A stretch of DNA of 64,000 nucleotides. It comes from Macrostomum lignano (lineage: Eukaryota). Made by a program: the position numbers and the translations under genes. The stretch is taken from the NCBI GenBank assembly GCA_002269645.1, contig NIVC01003514.1, positions 30,071 through 94,070 on the forward strand. Reading direction: 5' to 3'. This document shows positions 53,313-64,000 of the stretch, in pieces (the first letter of the stretch is position 1; each line of letters begins with the position of its first letter). The notes under the pieces were generated by a model. It ran no database searches and was not told where the DNA came from. It saw only the letters and a program-made list of their open reading frames with translations.

Positions 53313-56300
53313 CCTCTCTAAATTTCGATTTCTAAAAAGTTAAATAATGTACGCTCGTAGTTTCACGGTGCTTGTGGTTTTTAACAAATTCCTCTTTAGC
53401 GCGAATTTGATTTATTCGTTTGGAAATTATAAATCTTAACCAATTACTCCATCAGCCAGCTCTAAATAGGACATTAAACTTCCGTAAACAATAATTTATG
53501 ATAATTAAAGACAAATACATGTATGCATTAAATTAACTATAACATCTCTTTCATACTTTTGACCTAATCTTATGGCTATGCAAGTATGCGTAGATCATAG
53601 GCTGAGGCTGACCAATATTATGATGTTTAATGCTTAATGACAATGGTAAGGGATCAAGGTTAAGAACTTAAGATATAGCATAGGCCTAGGGCAATGATGG
53701 AATACAAAAGTGGTAATGGCAAAAAAATTGTTTTTAGGGAATGCTGACTAAGGGAAGGCAGAGACAGAGTAAGGAATGATTTTATTTGATATTGAATTTT
53801 GATAATTCTTTCAAATAGAAGTATATTTTAAAAACAAGCCACAAGCACAGCAATGCAAACTACAAAGTAAATCAGTGTGGTTAAAACTATAATTGCATTG
53901 CATTCGCATGGTTAGGCCTAGACCCTAGTAGTTAGCTGTTAGCATGGAATCCTTTAGCCCTTTTGATATTGAAAAGTGAATCATAATAACAATAAGACCT
54001 AGGGCTAGGCCTTATTAATAGTAAAAGCTATACCTATAATCTTTATTTCTCAAGCCCTGGCCTAATTGCTAAGGACTTAAAAGCTCTTCTTACAAAACTT
54101 TTTTAAATTGGACAACAAAATTTATTTATTTCCACTGCTTTATAACCTTTTACTCTTAGGCAGATAGCTAGGGCTAGGCCTATGCTAGTCTTAGTCTATA
54201 TTTAGGGAAGTCCACTTAAAAGGTTTAAATTAAATCATACAATGGTCTTTTAAAGTCTTCGTTATTATACTAATCAGGATTCAGGATAATATACTCTATG
54301 GCCTATCACTAAACCATTTTTGAACCTAAAATGTGCATTCTAATAATTCTATGTGCTAAAAAATATTAAAACTAAATTCTTAAACTAAAATAAAAAGTTA
54401 GCCAAAATTAAAGAATAGGGCCTATAAAGATGCTTTTGAAATGCTTTTTCTATAAAAATTAAGATCAAAATAGAAGTTTGCCAGTTTTTTAAATTGAAAT
54501 TAAAATTTTGAGGTGGGGGCAAAAAAGAAAAGGGGGTTTGGTGGGAGTAGGTGGTTTCTAATGTTTGAATTGCTGCCTGCATTGTCTTGGCACTTGTAAA
54601 GCTGGAAAATTTCTTGAATTGATGCACTGATTCTTCTCCTTGGTTACTCCGTCTGCCAGGGTTATCAATTCTGGGGGGAGAGTAGTTATAATTGTAGTCG
54701 CGCAGTCTTTTAGCGGCATGGTCATTCAAATTGGGTCCTTAGACACTGTAAAATTCATAATTTGTTGATATGCTCAATTTGTTATTATCAGTAGTAAAGT
54801 AGTGCTGCCACCACCGTAAATTTTGTATTATGGAACAATGAGTGTCTTTGAGCTTTCTTTGAGTTGAGACAGATTGGTTATTTTATGCCCCACGGGCAAA
54901 TGACTCAATAAAGGCTAAGGGCTTCTATTTGAAATGAATGAAAAATTATTAATGGTTGGTTATTTTTTTGCACCAGATAACTTAATTGCTACAAATGAAG
55001 TACTAACGGATATTCCTATTAGTATTATTATTTGGCTAACAAACAAGTGATGAATCGGCAGGGCTGAGAGCCTAAAAGGATTAATAAAGTTTAATCAATA
55101 AGGTAGAACAAGTTAAGTAATCGAACTTGCAAAAAAGAAAGAAAGAAACAAGATGAGAGGAAAAAAACAAGGTAATGGTTGCAAACAAAATGTCATATAA
55201 ATAATAGAAGGGTACAGATAACCCAGGGGGTGGGACAATGGATGGGACAAGGAAAGGGGCACCCAATGGGAAAAAGGGAAAAACCCAGCTGCTAGAAGCC
55301 GTAAAACAATAGCGACCATGGGAAAGAGCAACAAAGGAGGCAGATGAAGGAGCAAAGGCGGGGGCAACCAGGGGAACAGACATGGGAACAAACAGTGAAA
55401 CAAAATTACGTCAGTTGTCAATCCATGGAACCTGGGTCGACCACCTTGTCCGCACTGGAGGCCTGCCATTGTTCACCCAGTGGTAGACCAGCCTACCACA
55501 TTTTATTAGACTTGCTTTCAAAAATTATAACGAAAACCAAAAGTAAAATCTTCCAAAATTGAAATTCAGAAAAAAATGATCTAATTAATAACTTAATATT
55601 TAAAAAACTATTTTTATTAGTTAACTGCTCAAGGAAATTAATATATATAAGCATAAATTTATATTGATCAAGGTTTTGATCAAGGTAAATAATAATTTGC
55701 ATAAATAATTTTTTATTCTTTATATTATATAGGCCCTTTATATAAGGTCAAGGATAATCTAAAAGTTTTGCAACTATACCAAAAGAGTTTCTAATCTAAT
55801 TGGCAAATTTTGATCATAATCCTTTAGTGGCTTCTATTGAATTATAATATAGACATTTATGAGCATACATGCCCAACTTTAAATCTTACCTAGTTTTAGA
55901 ACTTATTTTTGACCAAAAATGCATTTTTTACTTATGAAACAAACCCTAAAGCAAAAATTAATATAGCTTTAAGTAAATGGCAAGAGTAACTATATTTATA
56001 TTATTAAGCTTAAATTAAATACCTCATCTAATTAGACTATATCCATATTTTAAGTTGACATTTTTGTGACTTGCCTTCATTAGATCGCTTGTTACCTAGT
56101 CAAATTAGCTGGATTAGCTGGGTATTAAGCATGCATGCTTGTGAGTACAAGCTAGCTACTTTTTTATTCAGCATTTAAACCTTTTATTCTTTAGTTAGGA
56201 TATCCTTGATTGCCATTATTGTAGCCTCTTCCATGTCATTGACTTGAATCTATGTTTTTCAATGACACATTTATCTTAGTAAAGAGCCAGAAGTTGCAGG

Positions 56301-57284
56301 GGATAGATCTGTCAAGTAGATAAGCTGGTACCTAGTATAATAATATCATTCTAGTCTAGAAATGGAAAAGTCAATTTAGCTGTTTTAGTAGGTGCATGGT
56401 TTTGGTTATTAGTACAATTTCTAACTAAATATTCTTGTCTTTGGTACTCATTCTATGCTTATAATTTTATATAATATGCAAAATAATTTCTATTTGTTGC
56501 ACTTTATGATTTTGGAACTTGATAGATTTGAAATTATAAATGATTTTCTTAAAACCTAAATTTGAATTCCTATTAAATTTGTTTTACTATATTAATTTTT
56601 GTTTAATGCATGCAAGTATTATCTTATTATTGTGCATTTATACTCTTGGATATAATTTTGCAACTTATTTTGTTTTAAATTTTCATCACATAATTTCACT
56701 TTAAGTTCAATTGCAAAAAATGTATTGCATATTTTTTGCAATTTTTCTATCTTGGCTGTCTTCTGATCTTGAAGCTTCATCATTTCCATAATACCCTAAG
56801 GGTGGTTGAATCAAGGATGGTTGATTAAAAACAAACTTTACAATAAATTCATAAAAAAGATATCTGGCCATAGGCACCAGATTTTTCTATAGCAAAGGGC
56901 AGCTTCTTAACTATGGCCATGTGGCATATGCTAGAATTTACTTAGTGAAATGACATTATTCTGAGTGTAGTATTATTTATCAAGTAACAGATATTACTAG
57001 TTACAGTAAATAGATATAGGAAATGTATAAATCTTTTTTATCTAAAAGAATTATCTAAAAGTAGATTTAGGTAACTAATTTATTTAAATTTTTTTTATTA
57101 AAAAATTTGTCTATAATATCATATAGCTATGTCTATTGCTATACTAGACTACCATATTTCTATAGTCTTAGCTATGTATGTATCTATCTTGCTATTAAAA
57201 AAACTGTCTATAATATCATATAGCTATGCCTATGTCTATTGCTATACTAGACTACCATATTTCTATAGTCTTAGCTATGTATGT

Positions 57285-59095
57285 ATCTTCCAATATACTA
57301 AAAATGAGTTGTCTGTATGTATGTATGTGTGAGATAGATTTCAGAAAAAACGGCTTAATCAATTTTCTTTAAACTTGCACCATTTGATCAGAAATTTTTC
57401 TGGGACGGTACATGCATCTTGGCTAAGAAATTGCTCAATTTTAAGAAGCGTAATATCAAACATAGAAGAGCCACCATGTCAAACATTAAAGAGCCACCAT
57501 ATCAAATATAAAAGAGTTACCATGTCAAACATAAAAAAGCCACCATGCCAAACATAAAAGAAGCACCATGTCAAACATATACGTGACTCCATGTCAAACA
57601 TTTAAGAGCCACCATGTCGAACATTTAAGAGCCACCATGTCAAACATTTAAGAGCCACCATGTCAAACCTAAATGAGCCACCACGTCTAACATTTAAGAG
57701 CCACTATGTCAAACATTTAAGAGCCATCATGTCAAACATTTAAGAGCCACCATGTCAAACATATATGTGACTTTATGTAAAACATTAAAGAGCCACCATT
57801 GTGAACATTAAAGAGCCACCATGTCGAACATTAAAGAGCCACCATGTCAAACATAAAAAGGTATACCATGAAGAACATTGAAGAGCCACCATGTCAAACT
57901 TTAAAGAGTCACCATTTCGAACATTAAAGAGCCACCATGTCGAACATTAAAGAGCCACCATGTCGAACATTAAAAAGCCACCATGTCAAACATTGAAGAG
58001 CCACCATGTCAAACATTAAAGAGCTGCCATGTCAAACATAGAAGAGCCACCATGTCAAACATAGAAGAGCCACCATGTCAAAATTAAACAGCTACTTTGT
58101 AGAACATTAAAGAGCCGCCGTGTCAAACATAAAAGAGCCACCAGGTTAAACATTAAAGAGCCACCATGTCAAACATAGAAGAGCCACCATGTCAAACATA
58201 GAAGAGCCACCATGTAAAACATAGAAGAGCCACCATGTCAAAACATAAAAGTGCCATCATTTCAAACATAGAAGAGCCACCATGTCAAACATAGAAGAGC
58301 CACCATGTCAAAGATTTAAGAGCCACAATGTCAAACATATATGTGACTTTATGTCAAACATTAAAGAGCCACCATCTCAAACATTAAAGAGCCACATTTT
58401 TAATTTCAAACATTAAAAAGCCACCATTTCGAACATTAAAGAGCCACCATGTCAAACATTAAATAGCCACCATGTCAAACATAAAAGAGCCACCATGTCA
58501 GACATTAAAAAGCCACCGTATCAAACATAAAAGAGTTACCATGTAGAACAAAAAACAGCCACCATGTCGAACATAAAAGAGCCACCATGAAGAACATAAA
58601 AGAGCCACCATGAAGAACATTAAACAGCCACCATGTCAAAGATTTAAGAGCCACCATGTCAAACTTATGTGACTTTATGTCAACATTAAAGAGCCACCAT
58701 TTCGAACATTAAAGAGCCACCATGTCAAACATTAAATAGCCACCAGGTCAAACATAAAAGAGCTATACCATGAAGAGCATTAAAGAGCCACTTTGTCGAA
58801 CATTAAAGAGCCACCATGTCAAACCTAAAAGAGCCAACCATGTCTAACATAAAAGAGCCACCATGTTAAACATTAAAGAGCCACCATGTCAAACATAGAA
58901 TAGCCACCATGTCAGACATTGAAAAGCCACCATATCAAACATAAAAGAGTTACCATGTAGAACATGAAAGAGCCACCATGTCAAACATTAAAGAGCCACC
59001 ATATCAAACATAAAAGATACACAATTTCAAACGTAAAAGTAAGCGAATTTTAAAGGAGCCACTATAATGCTAAGGAAATTGTCGCACTAGCTACT
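57285..59095 (+). mobile_element. Possible Helentron-associated non-autonomous element (HINE/DINE-like) with an expanded central tandem repeat
   Basis: Head ATATACTAAAAATGAGTTGTCTG(TATG)n...GATTTCAGAAAAAACGGCTTAATCAATTTTCTTTAAACTTGCACC, with a second copy of this head at approx. 50090-50170. The head is followed directly by the 23-bp array. Confidence 0.4.
57465..59020 (+). repeat. 23-bp minisatellite (GAGCCACCATGTCAAACATTAAA)n, about 65 diverged copies
   Basis: Directly visible, period 23 (e.g. 57606 to 57629). Confidence 0.95.
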
Positions 59096-59099
59096 TATT

Positions 59100-59340
59100 G
59101 TCTGGTGGATGCTTGCTATTTGGGGATGCTATCTATCTGGGGGATGCTTGCTATCTGGGGGATGCTTGCTATCTGGGGATGCTTGCTATCTGGGGGGTGC
59201 TTGCTATCTGGGGGATGCTTGTTATCTGGGGGATGCTTGCTATTTGGGGATGCTATATATCTGGGGGATGCTTGCTATCTGGGGGATGCTTGCTATCTGG
59301 GGCATGCTTGCTATCCGGGGGATGCTTGCTGTCTTGGGAT
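59100..59340 (+). repeat. 17-18-bp repeat (GGGGATGCTTGCTATCT)n
   Basis: Directly visible. Confidence 0.9.
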
Positions 59341-59371
59341 GATTTCTTTTTGCATTGCACTTCATTTGAAT

Positions 59372-59535
59372 ATTTTGTCTTCTACTTTTTATTCTAAGAA
59401 TCTCTTCTACTTTCTATTCGAAGAATGTCTTCTACTTTGCATTCTAAAAATGTCTTCTACTTTGTATTCTAAGAATGTCTTCTACTTTCTATTCTAAGAA
59501 TCTCTTCTACTTTGTATTCTAAGAATGTCTTACTT
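59372..59535 (+). repeat. Repeat of about 25 bp (AAGAATGTCTTCTACTTTGTATTCT)n
   Basis: Directly visible. Confidence 0.85.
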
Positions 59536-59579
59536 TTTATTAGCTTTTATTAAAAAACTAATTAAAAAGACCTGAATTA

Positions 59580-60530
59580 TGGCGCTAGATAAACCAAGGA
59601 TTACTGCACTTGATAAACCAAAAATTATTGCACTTGATAAACCAAGAATTACTGCGCTTAATAAACCAAGGATTATTGCACTTGATAAACCAAGGACTAC
59701 TGCACTTGATAAACCAATGATTACTGCGCTTGATAAACCAAATAATATTGCACTTGATAAACCAAGGATTACTGCACTTGATAAACCAAGGATTACTGCG
59801 CTTGATAAACCAAGGATTACTATGCTTTACAAACTAAGGATTATTGCACTTGATAAACCAAGGATCACTTCGCTTGATAAATCAAGGAATATTGCACTTG
59901 ATAAACCAAGGATTATTGCACTTGATAAACGAAAGATTACTGCACTTGATAAACCAAGGATTATTGCACTTGATAAACCAAGGAATTTTGCACTTGATAA
60001 ACCAAATATTACTGCACTTGATAAACCAAGGATTACTGTGCTTGATAAACTAAGGATTATTGCACTTGATAAAGCAAGGATTACTGCGCTTGATAAACCA
60101 AGGATTACTGCGCTTGATAAACCAAGGATTATTGCACTTGATAAGCCAATGATTATTGCACTTGATAAGCCAAGGATTATTGCACTTGATAAACCAAGGA
60201 CTACTGTAAGGATTTTTGCACTTGATAAACCAAGGATTATTGCACTTGATAAGCCAAAGATTACTGCGCTTGATAAACCAATGATTATTGCACTTGATAA
60301 GCCAAAGATTACTGCGCTTGATAAACCAAAGATTATTGCACTTGATATGCCAAAGATTACTGCGCTTGATAAACCAAGGATTATTGCACTTGATAAGCCA
60401 ATGATTATTGCACTTGATAAGCCAAAGATTATTGCATTTGATACACCAAGGATTATTGCACTTAATAAGCCAAAGATTACTGCGCTTGATAAACCAAGGA
60501 TTATTGCACTTGATAAGCCAATGATTATTG
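59580..60530 (+). repeat. 24-bp minisatellite (ATTGCACTTGATAAACCAAGGATT)n, about 40 copies
   Basis: Directly visible. It underlies ORF 59579..60580. Confidence 0.95.
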
Positions 60531-60647
60531 TTCCCTTTTGTCTATGGTTTCCGGCATTCATACTTGCGGTAACAATTTAATTGTTTGTCGGCTTTTTTCG
60601 ATTGTTGCCGGATTTCAGACGAATGTATTTGGCTATCAAAACAAGGA

Positions 60648-63600
60648 CACAGTGTATTTCTTTGGTAAGATTTTTTGAAAAAAATGGCCACTCAAGATTT
60701 TTACTATCATTAATAGATCACATTTTTCTAGAGAGGAAGCCACAATATTAAAAAAATCTGTCGAGCGGTTGCTGAGTAACTACTGTTTTTCTGTTTTTCA
60801 TGCTGTTTCATGCTGTTTTCATTTTTTTGCTTTGATACAGGTTATAATAGGCAAATTGGTATCAAAAACGTTATTCAATGTTTTTCTTTCAACATTAATA
60901 AATTATATTATTAGTATAAATTTAAAGAATGCTTGTACAATATAAAAACTTTCAGCTTGAAACGTAGTTGTACAATGTCAATATAAATTACACATTAGGA
61001 GTGAAAACAATGTCAAAGTCCACACTGACTACATGTCCTACACATGTCGGCTATTATAATGACGCACAGCCTGAAGCAAACGACTTCCAAAGCTGGGATT
61101 TTCTACATCCTTGACCTTGAAGTTCGCCCATAGCTGCTGAAAGTCGTGGTGCACTGCTTCAGATGCCTGTTCACTCCAGGGACCAAGTCCTCGCTGTTGC
61201 ATCAAACAGAACTGTGGCACATGATGCAGCACTGTGTGAACTTTCGGTGTCACTGAGATCCCGAGGTCCATGAACGTCACTTGAAAATCAGCGATCGTCT
61301 GCTGGAAATTGGAGGCCAGTTCATTGCCAAAGCAGCTGGACACAACAAGCCTGAAGCAGCGCAGTGCAGCAACGTACGGCAAGCACTGTAGCGGGCACAT
61401 CGATGCCAGAGCATCAACATTCTGCAGGAGCACTTTGCAGCTGTTGCCGGTAAAACTGCCTCCGTGAATTGCCTCCCTGGCGACGTGGCAGTGATGCAGC
61501 CATCTGTCACACTCTGGCCACACTGACTGCATACTACAGTAAATGGTATTTACTACTCCAGTTAGCAGGTGCAGTTCGGGCGGTGGTACAATTTCTAGGA
61601 CCATTGTTGAGGCTGGGAAATTTTCTAGAAGACAGGGACGTACCACATTTCCAAAATTCTTGGCAGCTGCAAGCTTGGAGCCAGAAGCCTGGAAGTTTGC
61701 ATGGCTGTCTTCGAGAAGCTTCAGTGTGCGATCTGTGCCCTTCTGCAATAGCTTATTCTTGTGGGCATCGCACCAGCAGCAGGGATGAGCAGCACTGTGA
61801 GCCATAAGCCCAAGCAGCATGTTGCACAGCTTTAAGTCGCTAGCGATGGTAAATTTGCCTTGAAGACTGCTCAGTCCAGCTGCCCTCCACAGCAACTCCA
61901 GGTTCTGGTAATTTTCTTGAATGGCTGGTGCGATGGCTACAATAAGAATTCGTTTAACACCGGAGTGCTTTAGCCGACTGCTGCGAGAGTTGCTGCTACA
62001 GGCTGCCTGTGAAGGCTCAGTGGAGTCAACACACCAACTGGAATCAAACACAGACAGGCAGATCTTGAAGAACCCACCACCTCCATCAATGCCAACCTTA
62101 ATCATACAGGTCGATGGGTTCAGTTGTCTTTCTTGAATAATTCGCTTGAGAAGCTGCTGAATGCGCACACAAATAACAGCTGGACGTGATGTTACTTCTG
62201 TCACAACTCCTCGCTCCATGTTGACGAAGTCCAACTGTTGTAGTTCAAAAAAGCTGTCGAGCTGGTGGTGAATGTCAGACAGCTTTTGTTGGAGGTACGA
62301 CTCTACAGCTGTTTTTGAACCCGACGCTGCTCTAATATGGTGAGCCAGCTTCAGCATAGAGCGCGTGCTGAGGCCCATATCCTGCTGAATGCTCACCATG
62401 CTGCTGACGCTCAGCTGCTGTGGTTGCTTCGGCGTACTCTGAGATGGTGGCTCCACTTCCATGTAAAAGCCTTCTGCATTATGTGCCCTTGTAGCAGGAG
62501 TACAGACATGTGACTTGCCTCGATTTAGCTGCGAGAGGCACTTCACACAGAGCTTCATGCTGACTGGGCGTCGAGTTTTTGACACAGTGCTGGCAGTGGG
62601 CTCGCAAACAATCCTACTTTGACTGTCAGCGCTTGGCCTTCCTCGTGGTCGCCGATTAACTGCTGCTGGATGTCCAAAGTTTGCGGAGCTTTCTCTGGCA
62701 GCCTGACACACAATACAGTTGCATCGAGTAGCTGCTCGGCTTCGTGTTCGAGGAGGCTGGGCTCCAATCTTAGAGTGGTCGAAGTCGGGCAGCGAGGACG
62801 AAAAGTTTCCTTTCTCGTACTCTAGCAGCGTTATCCTGCATTTTGTGCACAGAGCACTTGGTAGCCGATTGTCCTGCGTATCGTAGCCATGCATCTTGAA
62901 CTCTGAGATGAGTGACTGCATGTGCTCATTTATCCGGCGCATTTCCTTGCCCTTATGCATGCAGATGAGGCAGACGATGAGACGAGCATCTTCGTGCGTT
63001 CTGGCACTGCTGCTTTTACTCATAATGCCTAACACTGAGCGTGCTTGGTGTCGATTAAGAAAGGTGCTACACAACAAATCTGATATGTAATGAGACGCAG
63101 AGATTGTGCAATGAATATAAAAACTTCTCTAGTTAGATTAAAGTGAAATCAATCGATAAGAGCGACTTATATATATTCATTGATTGCTGAGCAGACAAGT
63201 TTTTAGCTCAGCAAACTTGTGTGCATTGCGCAATGTATAGCACACTATTTGATTGAGTAATAGATGAGTGACTGCGTTCTTCAACTCCAAATCATGCACA
63301 CACAGTCTCCCCTCAATAGAGAAGTAGTACAGTTAGTACAAAACCTATTTGTTACATTCAATCACACAATTGTACCCTGTATTTTTGGAACATTCATTTT
63401 GATTAGCATATGAAATGTGTGTAAAAAACAGCCTATTTGTTGGCTAAACAAATGGACCTTAAGCTTATAAGTGATTTTCTGTTTGAACTAGAAAAACAAA
63501 AACAAATAGCACGAAACAGCATAAAACAGCATTAAAAACAGAAAAACAGTAGTTTCTTAGCAACTGCTTGATGGATTTTTTAAAGTCTTGTAGCATTCTC

Positions 63601-63684
63601 TCTGGACATACATGATCTATTGATGATAGTAAAAATCTGGGGTGGCCATTTTTTCAAAAAATGTCACCATAGAAATACACTGTG
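60648..63684 (-). mobile_element. Complete Chapaev-like (CMC, RAG1/Transib-related) DNA transposon, 3,037 bp
   Basis: Imperfect TIRs of about 170 bp both start CACAGTGTATTTCT. 4-bp TSD AGGA at 60644-60647 and 63685-63688. It encloses a single intact transposase ORF. Confidence 0.88.
61038..63077 (-). CDS. Chapaev/RAG1-related DDE transposase (probable ATG at 63023, approx. 661 aa)
   Basis: N-terminal Cys/His clusters (CLIC...CTKC, CNCIVC, CVKC...HVC). Core motifs VGIDGGGGFFK (D), ASDLKLCNMLLGL...HPCCWC (D and C2C), PPPELHL, HGGSFTGNSC, TPKVHTVLHHV (H3H) and WSEQASEAVHHDF (E). Confidence 0.88.
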   Translation of the reverse strand: MLCSTFLNRHQARSVLGIMSKSSSARTHEDARLIVCLICMHKGKEMRRINEHMQSLISEFKMHGYDTQDNRLPSALCTKCRITLLEYEKGNFSSSLPDFDHSKIGAQPPRTRSRAATRCNCIVCQAARESSANFGHPAAVNRRPRGRPSADSQSRIVCEPTASTVSKTRRPVSMKLCVKCLSQLNRGKSHVCTPATRAHNAEGFYMEVEPPSQSTPKQPQQLSVSSMVSIQQDMGLSTRSMLKLAHHIRAASGSKTAVESYLQQKLSDIHHQLDSFFELQQLDFVNMERGVVTEVTSRPAVICVRIQQLLKRIIQERQLNPSTCMIKVGIDGGGGFFKICLSVFDSSWCVDSTEPSQAACSSNSRSSRLKHSGVKRILIVAIAPAIQENYQNLELLWRAAGLSSLQGKFTIASDLKLCNMLLGLMAHSAAHPCCWCDAHKNKLLQKGTDRTLKLLEDSHANFQASGSKLAAAKNFGNVVRPCLLENFPASTMVLEIVPPPELHLLTGVVNTIYCSMQSVWPECDRWLHHCHVAREAIHGGSFTGNSCKVLLQNVDALASMCPLQCLPYVAALRCFRLVVSSCFGNELASNFQQTIADFQVTFMDLGISVTPKVHTVLHHVPQFCLMQQRGLGPWSEQASEAVHHDFQQLWANFKVKDVENPSFGSRLLQAVRHYNSRHV

Positions 63685-64000
63685 AGGAACAACAATAGCA
63701 ACACGGCGAAAGTGTTTCATAGTCACAAAAAGTTCTTAAGAACAAACCGATCGAATCAATTGTTTTACTTTCCGTAAAAGTTGAATGTGCAGTTGTGGAA
63801 CTGACCACCACAGAGGCTTTTCGGCAGGTCTTGGCCGCCCTCGGGTGCTTTCATCAGCTCGCCTCTATCAGACCCAGTTGTCACACTTCCGATGGTGGAT
63901 TCCGCATCGTCGTCAATCTACGAAGGGACGTTCGATCAAAGTATGCGCGAATTGTTTGCATGTCGTCCTCGAAATAGCTTCGTATTTGTCTACCTTCTCT

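Noticed and set aside
53400-57100. AT-rich 3.7-kb stretch as a hidden gene or large transposon interior
   Set aside because: It has only short low-complexity ORFs and no motifs or termini that I can support.
60648-63684. A true ProtoRAG (RAG1L-RAG2L) transposon
   Set aside because: It has a single ORF, no RAG2-like kelch/PHD gene, a 4-bp rather than 5-bp TSD, and core motifs closer to Chapaev.

Overview
Animal (metazoan) genomic DNA with GT-AG introns, GC-rich exons and introns packed with micro- and minisatellites. The style resembles a free-living flatworm such as Macrostomum, but that is inference only. Host genes: the 3' part of an ARHGAP19-like RhoGAP, a two-exon single-pass membrane protein, a tandem cluster of TRAIP-like RING/coiled-coil genes (one with canonical RING-H2 spacing, four with a shortened H-x-C spacing, plus a decayed remnant), and a secreted two-exon protein with a second, orphan copy of its terminal exon. 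Mobile DNA is dense and diverse: a Crypton-type tyrosine recombinase with hairpin-rich flanks, an intact piggyBac at TTAA, a 5'-truncated RNase H-bearing LINE with a 13-bp TSD, a CACTA/EnSpm-type transposase divergently paired with a spliced accessory gene, three tRNA-derived SINEs, a probable solo LTR and several MITEs. The most striking element is a complete 3,037-bp Chapaev/RAG1-related transposon (60648-63684) with an uninterrupted transposase, a 4-bp TSD and long TIRs that both begin with the perfect V(D)J RSS heptamer CACAGTG. I found no rRNA, genuine tRNA or CRISPR array.
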